Shown: positions 54,672-62,866 of the stretch, one piece after another
Layout: each line of letters opens with the position of its first letter
Numbering within the stretch: the first letter of the stretch is position 1
NCBI GenBank assembly: GCA_018302335.1
Contig: JAGVZT010000001.1
Location: 3,193-67,192 of the forward strand
Reading direction: 5' to 3'
Origin: Candidatus Woesearchaeota archaeon
GTDB taxonomy: Archaea > Nanobdellota > Nanobdellia > Woesearchaeales > JAGVZT01
Length of the DNA: 64,000 nt
The notes under the pieces: model-generated
What the model was told of the DNA's origin: nothing
Database searches by the model: none
What the model saw: only the letters and a program-made list of their open reading frames with translations
Program-made: the position numbers and the translations under genes

Positions 54672-56141
54672 TCAGCGCTTCTCGACTTGCAGCCCGGCGA
54701 GCTCCACGGCGCCGGGACGCGTTTCCGCGAGATAGAGATTGACCCAGGGATTCTGCTCGTCGGCGTAGCTCCAGCGCGATGACACCGCTCGGAGCCACTC
54801 CCCTACCATCTGGTCGCCGGCCTTCTCGATGAACGCGATGGCCTCCCCGGTGGACCGGTAGCGCACCACGTCAGGGTCCTGGTCCTGCATCCTGGACAGA
54901 AGGTCGAAGAGCACCGGGTCCTTGCGCACCGGATAGACCATGGAGAGCTTGACATCTCCTGAGCATGAGGAGAAGTGCCCGTATGCTGCAGCTTCATCCC
55001 TGGCGCCCTCGATGGCTGCGATTGCCTCCTCCAATTCCCGCACAGTCTCCGGAGCCCGGGCGCTGTCCACCCGCCTGAAGAGGTCGGAGACGCTCGCGGC
55101 GCTCTTGAGGTCCCCTGCCTCAGCCTGGCGCGCGGCTCGGCGGAGGGTCTGGAGCCGTTCCCTGCCGGCAGAGGCAGAGTAGAAGAGGAAGCCCTCCCGG
55201 ATGAGCGCGTCGAGAAGGTCATCGGTCTCTCTGCCGTTCACGACGGCATACTGTTCGGTGCGGCGGCTCTCGCCGTTCCCTGCGCCGTGCTGGAAGTAAA
55301 CCATGAGCGGCTTCGTCCCGGTGAGAGAATACAGGTCCATGCTGTCTCCGCGGAGTTTGTAGCTCGCAGATTGCATCTTCACCGGGAATACCCCGTCCGG
55401 CCGGATGAGCCTCAGGTTCCCCAGGCCCGGGCGGCTGCCCTCTGCGCCGTACTTGAGGGTGAAGGCGTCCAGCACGGCCTGCTGCGTCTCCGCGGAGAGG
55501 ATGGAGCGGTAGTCCTCTTTCGCGTCCTGCACCACGCGATGGAGCTTCGCGAACGCCTCGAGGGCGCGAGTCGGAGTCTCGAGGGTCACCGAGAGGGAGA
55601 GACCTCCCTCGCCGAGCATTGCCGACGCGATGAGCGCCGTGGGGGTCAGCGCGGGCCCCGTGACTCTTCCGTAGAGCGCCTCTCCGAGGGTCACCTGCTG
55701 GATGAGCGGGCCCGCCTTCGCATGCACCTCGCTGAGGAGCTGCTCCATGAAGGAGAACTCGTCGCTGATGATGTCGCATTCCCGCTGCTGCGGGGAGACG
55801 ATGATGAGCCAGTCGTCGAGATCATAGCCCAGGGCGCTGCCCCCCTTGTCGATGCGGAAGCTCTCGTCCGCGACCTCTCGGCCGAGGATGTCCTGGAGCG
55901 CGGCTCGGTATCTCTCGGCGTCGCGCCCGGTGAGGGTGAGCAGACGCTTGTCGGGTATGAGCAGCACGCTGTCTTCCACGTGCTCGCGGGAGTTGAGGTA
56001 GCGCTTGCGCAGGTGCTTACCCGCGATGTCCTGCAGGATATTCCTTCCTGCTGGAGGGACAGCGCCGGCAGGCTTGCTTGCCTCCTTCTTCGTGCGCAGG
56101 CTGCGCGCGTACTCTCCCAGGTCGCTAGGCTTCCGCGTCAT
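54672..56141 (-). CDS. hypothetical protein (489 aa)
   Basis: Clean ORF; 4-bp overlap with the upstream AAA ATPase gene. No domain recognised. Confidence 0.6.
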   Translation of the reverse strand: MTRKPSDLGEYARSLRTKKEASKPAGAVPPAGRNILQDIAGKHLRKRYLNSREHVEDSVLLIPDKRLLTLTGRDAERYRAALQDILGREVADESFRIDKGGSALGYDLDDWLIIVSPQQRECDIISDEFSFMEQLLSEVHAKAGPLIQQVTLGEALYGRVTGPALTPTALIASAMLGEGGLSLSVTLETPTRALEAFAKLHRVVQDAKEDYRSILSAETQQAVLDAFTLKYGAEGSRPGLGNLRLIRPDGVFPVKMQSASYKLRGDSMDLYSLTGTKPLMVYFQHGAGNGESRRTEQYAVVNGRETDDLLDALIREGFLFYSASAGRERLQTLRRAARQAEAGDLKSAASVSDLFRRVDSARAPETVRELEEAIAAIEGARDEAAAYGHFSSCSGDVKLSMVYPVRKDPVLFDLLSRMQDQDPDVVRYRSTGEAIAFIEKAGDQMVGEWLRAVSSRWSYADEQNPWVNLYLAETRPGAVELAGLQVEKR

Positions 56142-58003
56142 TGCTTCCTCTGCTTCTTGGCCTTCTCCAGCTCGGTCATGAGCTTGTCCAGCATCTCCAT
56201 GGGCATGGTCTCGAAGCTGTACTCTGCAGCCACGACGCTTGGGTCTCCCCGCGCCATGGCGGCGAGGCGGTACTGCTTCACGTGGCGCTGGAACTCCGCT
56301 TCGTCCGCCGCCACCACATCCTTGTCGCGCGTCTCATGGTAGCTGCGGATTCCACTCTCGATGGCGTCCGTATAGACCTGGGTGAGGAAGGTCGCGTACT
56401 TCGTCTGGAAAGCGGGGATGTCCGTGCGCCGGAGCTCGTCCAGCTCGCTCCTGGCCTCCGCGGGTATCTTGAGCCCCTTGGCAGCCTCCAGCTCGAGCCG
56501 GCGGCAGAGGTTCCGGACGTCCCTGCCGGAGAGGCTGTGCGCGTAATCGTCCGGGAAGTCCGGATGGAAGCACAGCGCCCCGAGGTCCGTCCACTTCTTC
56601 TCCGGGATCTCTGCGCTCTTCTTGCTCAGGCGGACGTAGCCATGCTTGATGCCTCGCTTGAGCTCCAGCTGGAGGAGCTTCCCGAAGTCCTCGGGTGTCT
56701 CCGGGCCGGTGACGAACATCTCGTTCTGCCTCAGGCGCGATGAGAGCGCGTCGTCCAGCGTGAGCGGCTTGTTGGTCGTCGCGATGAGGAGGTAGTTGCC
56801 CAGGGTGCTCGATGCGACTCCCTCGAGCTGGTTGAGCAGCTCCTGCATGAGCCCCCGTTCCGGGGAGTCCTCACGCATATCCTCGCGGGAGGCGAGCAGC
56901 GCGTCGATGTCCTCCACGACGATGAGGTAGACCTTGTCCCCGCTGTGCACCTTGGCGAATTCCTTCCGGATGAGGTCTTCCCCCTCTCCGAACCACTTGC
57001 TCTTGATGCGGGAGTCGATGAACAGCGTCTCGAAGGGAAGACTGCGCTCCTCGGACATCCGGCTCAGGTGGGAGACCATCCCCTGGATGGTCAGCGTCTT
57101 CCCCGTTCCCGGCCTCCCTTTCAGGAGGTAGGTGTTCGGCAGCCGCACGACGTCGAGCGCAGGATTCCCGCCCTTGTCGTACCATCCCAGGAAGTTGTCC
57201 GCGATGGAGATGAGCGACTCCTTGAGGTCGGTGTTCCCGATGATCTGGTCCCATTCCACGCGCTCCACCACGGTCGCCTGGGAGAATCCCGGGCGGAACT
57301 CGAAGCCGGTGATGACCACATCGCTGACTCCCCAGGGCTCGCCCTCGAGGACCCAGCTCGCGTTGCCAAGATTGTACCGCTGCACCACGTCGCTGAAGCG
57401 GTCCTTCTCCCAGCGCACCTGGTTGATGAGGAAGCTGTACGCGCCCTGGAGGACCTTGCGCAGGTTCTCGTCGTCGATGGTGCCAAGCTTGACGTGCTGG
57501 CGCGCGAGGCCCCTGAGCACGATGTGCGTCAGGTTGTCCATCAGCTCGTCCTTCTCCAGGCTGAAATCCACGTTGAGATAGTCGTTATCCCGGTCGAGGA
57601 GGTCCGCCTCGAGGCTCTGGAGGCCCGCGCACGCCCCGGAGAAGAGGGCGTAGGCGTTGATGAACGCGCGCTCCTGCTTGGCCGCTGCCGCGTCGCCTTC
57701 GGGCTTGATGAGCTGCTCGAGACCGTCGTGTACCGCGAGGTAGGTGCCGAGGGCGCGCTTGTAGCTGGTGAGCGCGGCTATCTGCTCGGGGCTGTTCATG
57801 CACTGGTCTGCGGTCCCTGGGTCGCCGACCTGCTCCAGGACGTACTGGTAGAGGGAGAACTTCCGGTTCTGTTGGATTCCCGGCGGGAGCTTGTCCGGAG
57901 TGAACTCCGCATACGGGAAGAACGCGTTGCCCTTCAGCCAGACGCGCACTGCCTTCTCGCACTGCTTCCAAGTCGCTGGCTTCACTCTACGTGCTGTGCT
58001 CAT
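56138..58003 (-). CDS. classic AAA-family ATPase (Cdc48/FtsH-like module) with 330-aa N-terminal domain
   Basis: Walker A LLKGRPGTGKTL; SKWFGEGEDLIRKEF (compare SKWVGESEKLVRxLF); Walker B YLIVVEDIDAL; SRH-like region ATTNKPLTLDDALSSRLRQNEMF. 4-bp overlaps with both neighbours. Confidence 0.85.
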   Translation of the reverse strand: MSTARRVKPATWKQCEKAVRVWLKGNAFFPYAEFTPDKLPPGIQQNRKFSLYQYVLEQVGDPGTADQCMNSPEQIAALTSYKRALGTYLAVHDGLEQLIKPEGDAAAAKQERAFINAYALFSGACAGLQSLEADLLDRDNDYLNVDFSLEKDELMDNLTHIVLRGLARQHVKLGTIDDENLRKVLQGAYSFLINQVRWEKDRFSDVVQRYNLGNASWVLEGEPWGVSDVVITGFEFRPGFSQATVVERVEWDQIIGNTDLKESLISIADNFLGWYDKGGNPALDVVRLPNTYLLKGRPGTGKTLTIQGMVSHLSRMSEERSLPFETLFIDSRIKSKWFGEGEDLIRKEFAKVHSGDKVYLIVVEDIDALLASREDMREDSPERGLMQELLNQLEGVASSTLGNYLLIATTNKPLTLDDALSSRLRQNEMFVTGPETPEDFGKLLQLELKRGIKHGYVRLSKKSAEIPEKKWTDLGALCFHPDFPDDYAHSLSGRDVRNLCRRLELEAAKGLKIPAEARSELDELRRTDIPAFQTKYATFLTQVYTDAIESGIRSYHETRDKDVVAADEAEFQRHVKQYRLAAMARGDPSVVAAEYSFETMPMEMLDKLMTELEKAKKQRKQ

Positions 58004-59151
58004 CGTGCCACCTCATGGTATATCTTGAGCGGGCTTCCCTTGGTGAGCTCCGCCAGGACCGCTCTCGCCTGCGCGTCGCAGACCGCAAGCTCGTCCGACG
58101 CGACGTCCTCCCTGCGGTAATCCTCGCGGAAGGAGTCCTTGCGGAGGCGGAGGGGCTTCCGTATCGTCCCCCTGCTCGAGAGGTAGTCCCGCCGGTAGCG
58201 GAGGAATGCGATGTCAGGATTCGCTTCGAGAAGCTCGCGCAGCGCGCGCCCTTCCCTTCCCCGCATGGTGCTGAGGTCGCGGACGTTTGCGCTGTAGAAA
58301 GGCCCGTACACCCCGATGGAGACGTGCTTCGGGTGCAGCGCCTCGATGCTGTCCAGGCCCTCCATGAGGTCGTAGGGAGTTCCCCAGAATTTCCGGGTGA
58401 GCATATCGGAGAGTTCCGCGGAGATGACCGCGCTCTTTCCTTCCATGCGGAGATCCTTCGCCGTCCCGCGCATCGGGATATCCTGGTCAAGGATGATGAT
58501 GCAGCTGTTGTATGCAGCCTGCGGCAGATTGTATGCGGTGAACACCAGCTTGAAGCGCTCGGTCGACATCCCGTCAGGGGTGAGATTACCCTTGCCCACG
58601 CGCATTGCGCGCAGGTCGGTGTGCAGGTCGCTCTTCGACGCAAGGGGGATGTCCAGCGTCTTTGTCCGGCGCGAGAAGTCGAGTTCCCGGACCGCAGCCG
58701 TAAGCTCCTCGAAGCGCCCCGCGTACGCATTCCCCGGGAGATTCTCGTCGAAGAGCAGGTCCTCCAGGGCAGCAGCAAGCGCGGCTTCCCGATGGGGCTC
58801 CGGAGCGTTGCGCACGTCCGACAGCCTGGTCAGGAGATAGTCGAAACGCGGCAGGCCGCTCTCGGTATCCACGCTTACCTCGCGCCAGACTCCTGTGTTC
58901 TCGTGGAAGTCCTCAGCTCCGCTGATGTACCGCAGCGCTCCCATCGCGGCCCGGACTCGGTTGAGTTCTTTTGCGAGGTCAGCCAGCACCCCGCGATGCA
59001 GCTTCCTGCTCTCTTCGGGGATGCCTGGGGCGGTGGGAAGTCCAGGGTCCGACGCGAGCTGCTCCGCAAGCTGCCCGGTCTGTCCGAGCAGCTTCGCGAG
59101 GTAGCGCTCTTTCTCCTCTCCCTTGAGGGAGACAAAGCCCGAGGGGCTCAT
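58000..59151 (-). CDS. hypothetical protein (383 aa)
   Basis: Start MSPSGFVSLKGEEKERYLAKLLGQ with GGGAGG 8 nt upstream. The 95 extra track codons upstream are R/S/P-rich junk overlapping the previous gene. Confidence 0.6.
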   Translation of the reverse strand: MSPSGFVSLKGEEKERYLAKLLGQTGQLAEQLASDPGLPTAPGIPEESRKLHRGVLADLAKELNRVRAAMGALRYISGAEDFHENTGVWREVSVDTESGLPRFDYLLTRLSDVRNAPEPHREAALAAALEDLLFDENLPGNAYAGRFEELTAAVRELDFSRRTKTLDIPLASKSDLHTDLRAMRVGKGNLTPDGMSTERFKLVFTAYNLPQAAYNSCIIILDQDIPMRGTAKDLRMEGKSAVISAELSDMLTRKFWGTPYDLMEGLDSIEALHPKHVSIGVYGPFYSANVRDLSTMRGREGRALRELLEANPDIAFLRYRRDYLSSRGTIRKPLRLRKDSFREDYRREDVASDELAVCDAQARAVLAELTKGSPLKIYHEVAR

Positions 59152-59155
59152 GTAT

Positions 59156-60478
59156 TCAGCCTCCCTGCGGCGCGGTCTCCTCCTTCTCCTGCCGCTCGAT
59201 ATCGGCGAGGATCTGGTCGATGCGCTTGGGCTTCTCCGCCTTCGTGGGGTCCGCCACGTAGGCAGGGTCCACATAGATTCCCTGCTGCGTGAGATGGTAC
59301 GCGTTGGAGAAACGCCGCTGCTCATCCTGGGTCTCGCGGGAGTAGGCCTTGACCTGCTCCATAACTTCTTCCTCGAAGAAGGGTTTCGCGAGCATCTCCA
59401 TCGCCTCGTGGGCGATTCCCCGCGCAGCAAGCACATTCATCATCATGACCTCGTTGGCCGCCTTCATGGTGCGGTTGTAGAGGTTGATGAGACGCGTCGC
59501 GTGCATCGCGCTCGCTGCGGTCTTGCCGTTCTGCTGGAAGATGGGCATCGAGTACTTGATTTGCGCCTCGTACCCTATCTGCATCATCTCATACGACGCG
59601 ACGAGACTCTGCACCGTCAGGAGAGTCGCCTCCTGTGCGCGACTGGAGTTCTCGGACTGGTCCAGCAGCTTGTCCGCGCGGTTGCGCTCATTCCGCAGGT
59701 TGTTCACCGTCAGCTCCTTCTGCTGGAGTTCGCCCTGCGCAGCGGTCACGCTGCGCCCGAACTCTTCCCTGGCGAGCTTCTCCGCATCGTTGAGCATCGG
59801 CATCTGCTCCCACTGGGAGACCAGTGTGTCATACTCTCCTTTCTTGGTTTCCATCTCGCGCTCGGCGCCGAGCACCACCTGGTCGAGCCTGGTGGATTCT
59901 CCTCGCCAGTGGTCTGACTCTTCATGGAGGTAGTCGAGATGGGAATGGCCATCTGCCTCGAGCGTCTGGAGCTGCTTGAGCGAGCCCTTGATACTGTTCC
60001 CTGCGCCGGTGAAGTTGCGTATAGTGTCCCCGATGATAGAGTCCAGGAGGCCGCCGCTCCGCTCCGCGCGGTCGAGCATCTTGTTCTTGCCGTAGGTCTT
60101 CAGGAACGGCACCCCGCTGAGGAAGCCCCGATGCATCGAGCGGTACAGGCCCCACATGACGCCCTTCGCGCGCATCCTGCCCAACGCGCCCTGCCAGTTG
60201 GAGGAGAGGTCCTTGTGCTGCTCAACGAGGTCGTCGAGCTCAAGGGCGTACTCGGCCATCATCCTTGCGAAGTTCTCGACAGTGATGCCGCTCTTCCCGA
60301 AAAGCGTGGTCTGCTCGCCGAGGGACTGCTGCTGGTCAGCTCTGCTCCGGCGGCCGCGCTCCAGCACGTCGCGCGGATTCTCCATGCTGCGCTCGCCCGA
60401 GAGCGTGTCGTAGAGGCTCATCCCCCCGCGGCGAACCTGCTTCAAATCTTCCATTGCGGTGTCCTGCTTCTTGGCCAT
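59156..60478 (-). CDS. hypothetical coiled-coil protein (440 aa), possibly TelA-like (toxic anion resistance family). This is a recollection-level guess.
   Basis: Largely helical with long Q/E/R-rich segments. First gene of the minus-strand operon; TATA TATTTAGT and SD GAGGTGAGG upstream. Confidence 0.55.
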   Translation of the reverse strand: MAKKQDTAMEDLKQVRRGGMSLYDTLSGERSMENPRDVLERGRRSRADQQQSLGEQTTLFGKSGITVENFARMMAEYALELDDLVEQHKDLSSNWQGALGRMRAKGVMWGLYRSMHRGFLSGVPFLKTYGKNKMLDRAERSGGLLDSIIGDTIRNFTGAGNSIKGSLKQLQTLEADGHSHLDYLHEESDHWRGESTRLDQVVLGAEREMETKKGEYDTLVSQWEQMPMLNDAEKLAREEFGRSVTAAQGELQQKELTVNNLRNERNRADKLLDQSENSSRAQEATLLTVQSLVASYEMMQIGYEAQIKYSMPIFQQNGKTAASAMHATRLINLYNRTMKAANEVMMMNVLAARGIAHEAMEMLAKPFFEEEVMEQVKAYSRETQDEQRRFSNAYHLTQQGIYVDPAYVADPTKAEKPKRIDQILADIERQEKEETAPQGG

Positions 60479-60885
60479 CCCTTCCTCACCTCATTTGGAT
60501 ACCGGGCGATGACGCCATCCCCCGTTTGTACACTAAATATGTACTACGCAGGGGTGAATCTATATTCACTTAAAAGGTTTACTATGGTTGGCACCCTCCT
60601 GTACAATGCGCCTCTCACCCCGCGTAGGGATTACCGCCCTTTCAGGGTGCATCTCGTCGGTGGGCGTGGCCGCGTTAAAAACATTCCCACTGAAAATTCA
60701 GCGTAATCGGAATTTGCAGGCTGTTCATATCTGATTTCACGGGAATCTTTGGCAGAGCATTCAAATGGTGGCGGGACTTGCCGTCGCCAGTGAGGGAAAA
60801 TCAGGAAGCGGAGGCGGAACCTTTATATTGCAATGAAAATTCCTAAAATCACCACTGTCAGATACCAAATAGGGAGGGACCAAGA

Positions 60886-61542
60886 ATGAACGATGCGCCG
60901 GCTGACCCGCTTCAAGACCTGCCGCCCGAGCGGCCGCTCGAATTCCGCACCGACGACGCGCTGTACGTCTTCCTCATCGGTCCGGGCGTCGCGAGAGTCG
61001 AGGAGAACTACCGCGTCGCGTGGGAGGCCGAATCCCGCGCCGGAGATACCGTCTGGCGGCTGAGCGAGCCGGAGCTTGCGAAGGCCCCGACGCTCCGTGG
61101 CAAGGGCCCGCTGGGGATGACTCTCCGGGAACTGCTCACCGAGTACGTGATGAACTTCCAGGGCGACCGCATCGCGGACGCCCAGCAGAAGCTGCTCTGG
61201 AGGACAGCGAGGGATTTTATTGGAAGGGAGCAGCGTGGTGGAAGAAGCCTGCGTGAGCCCGGCGTCCAAGATCAGCGTCAGGACATCGTGTACACCCTCA
61301 CTCCGCTCTCCGGGATGGACAAGCCGAAGCCAATCACCTCGCTGGATGAGCAGGTGGGCGAGAACTGCTGGCTCACGAAGCTGGTGCCGAGCAACCTTGG
61401 CCACCCGCCGAGCGACGACGAGGTCGCGATGTGGATGTACGGCTTTCGCCTCGTGTACTCGGAGCATCAGGCAGGCGGGCTCATCATCGGACCTCTCGGG
61501 GGAGAGGAGATAGCGAGGCTCTCCGAGCATTATACGAAGTGA
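60886..61542 (+). CDS. hypothetical protein (218 aa)
   Basis: TATA cctttatattgc (around 60822-60832) and SD GGGAGGGA 10 nt upstream of the ATG. Normal composition, unlike the overlapping antisense ORF. Confidence 0.6.
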   Translation: MNDAPADPLQDLPPERPLEFRTDDALYVFLIGPGVARVEENYRVAWEAESRAGDTVWRLSEPELAKAPTLRGKGPLGMTLRELLTEYVMNFQGDRIADAQQKLLWRTARDFIGREQRGGRSLREPGVQDQRQDIVYTLTPLSGMDKPKPITSLDEQVGENCWLTKLVPSNLGHPPSDDEVAMWMYGFRLVYSEHQAGGLIIGPLGGEEIARLSEHYTK

Positions 61543-61546
61543 GCGC

Positions 61547-62866
61547 ATGGCACTGGAAGAACCCTACATCAGGCATCTGCTCGAGGACGGAGCCGTCGTT
61601 CTCGGAGGACGGTTGTACAAGCCGAGCGGGAACGAGCAAGCGATGGAGGGTGATGCGGTGCTCGCCATCGGCGCGAGGAGCCTGAAGCTGGAGCCGCTCG
61701 CACTGGCCTTCGATATCGAGCGCGCGTACTTCGAGGACCCGGTCGTGAGCGAGCAGATGCAGGAGATGCAGATGAAACTGCTGAAGAAGTACTCCTCGCA
61801 GCTCGGGACCAAGGTCAAGGACCTGTTCATCGAGCAGGAGCTGCTCGCGTTCATCTCAGAGGAAGTTCTCCCGTACTTCGCGACGAGCGGAGATGAGCTT
61901 GCCCGCATCGCGGGACGCAGGCTCCAGCCCGCGAAGGAGAAGAAGTCCTCAAAGGGGCTGCGCGCTCTCGGCGTCCGGCCCACGCGCCAGAGACCCGCAC
62001 CGCTTCGAGAGGCCAGCCTCCTCGAAGATACCCTTGCCGAGCTTTCCCTCGGCGACGTGTGCACCGCGCGCGCGGGAGGCGGGACGCTCGTATACTCGCT
62101 TGCCCTCACGGATGCTCCGAGCGGGCCGTCGGTCTCCGTCGGCGGCAGGATTTACTCGCTCGTGTACCGGATGCCGTTTGAGAAGTTCGCGCAGGCGTAC
62201 AATCAGCGGCTCGCGAGGAAGCTCCAGCAGGATGCCCTTGCGGGCGAGGAGGGCGCTGCTGATGCGTTGAGCGAGAAACGCACGCTGGAGCAGCGCGTCC
62301 GGGAGAGTGTCTCGAAGGTGCAGGACCTCAGGGTGGAGCGCCTCGCGCCGGACAAGTACCTGCTCACCCTGGGGGTGCCCCAGTTCGCGAACCGAGGGGA
62401 GGACGGCGGTATCTACGTCTTCCCCCCGTGCGAGGTCTCCGTGGCGCTTTACGCGGTACGAGTCCAGCCGGGCAAGCCCTGCGATATCCGCTATGTGAAG
62501 CCCTTTGTCAAAGGGGCGTATCTCCATCCCTTCGTGCAGCACCACAGGAAGCTTGAGCAGGGCATCATCGAGGAGAACAAGTCCATCTGCCTCGATGATG
62601 ACCTGGAGAAGGACCGCTCGCGATGGGCGACCGCGCGGCTGGAGAGCATGTCCCTCGGCCAGAAGGTCGCAGGATATCTGATGCTCGGCCGCGACATCCT
62701 GGTCACCGGCTACAAGCTGGAGGGCAGTCCTGGTAAGTACAAGCTGCTCAACAGGCCGCGCAGCGCCTTCGTCTATGACAGGCAGGCCTACCTTCCGCTC
62801 AAGAAAGACGAGAAATGGCTCAGAGAGCATGGCATGGTCGTCAGCAACACCCAGGAGGAGGTATGA
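61547..62866 (+). CDS. hypothetical protein (439 aa) with a C-terminal UBC/E2-like HPx...G...ICLD motif
   Basis: YLHPFVQHHRKLEQGIIEENKSICLDDDL resembles the E2 active-site block HPN[IV]...G.ICLD[IL]. The Asn is replaced by Phe and the spacing is longer, so this is only suggestive. 4-nt spacer after the previous gene. Confidence 0.6.
   Translation: MALEEPYIRHLLEDGAVVLGGRLYKPSGNEQAMEGDAVLAIGARSLKLEPLALAFDIERAYFEDPVVSEQMQEMQMKLLKKYSSQLGTKVKDLFIEQELLAFISEEVLPYFATSGDELARIAGRRLQPAKEKKSSKGLRALGVRPTRQRPAPLREASLLEDTLAELSLGDVCTARAGGGTLVYSLALTDAPSGPSVSVGGRIYSLVYRMPFEKFAQAYNQRLARKLQQDALAGEEGAADALSEKRTLEQRVRESVSKVQDLRVERLAPDKYLLTLGVPQFANRGEDGGIYVFPPCEVSVALYAVRVQPGKPCDIRYVKPFVKGAYLHPFVQHHRKLEQGIIEENKSICLDDDLEKDRSRWATARLESMSLGQKVAGYLMLGRDILVTGYKLEGSPGKYKLLNRPRSAFVYDRQAYLPLKKDEKWLREHGMVVSNTQEEV

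Noticed and set aside
54975-59292. Long plus-strand ORFs (455, 391, 433 aa)
   Set aside because: Antisense to the tightly coupled minus-strand operon (AAA ATPase motifs unambiguous); R/G/E/L-rich composition.
58000-59436. 95 extra N-terminal codons of the 478-aa track ORF
   Set aside because: R/S/P-rich, overlap the 3-prime end of the preceding gene. ATG at 59151 has a GGGAGG SD and restores a 5-bp intergenic gap.
60823-61548. 241-aa minus ORF
   Set aside because: Overlaps the plus-strand 218-aa gene, which has a TATA box, SD and ordinary composition; the minus ORF is R/L/A/P-rich and has no promoter.
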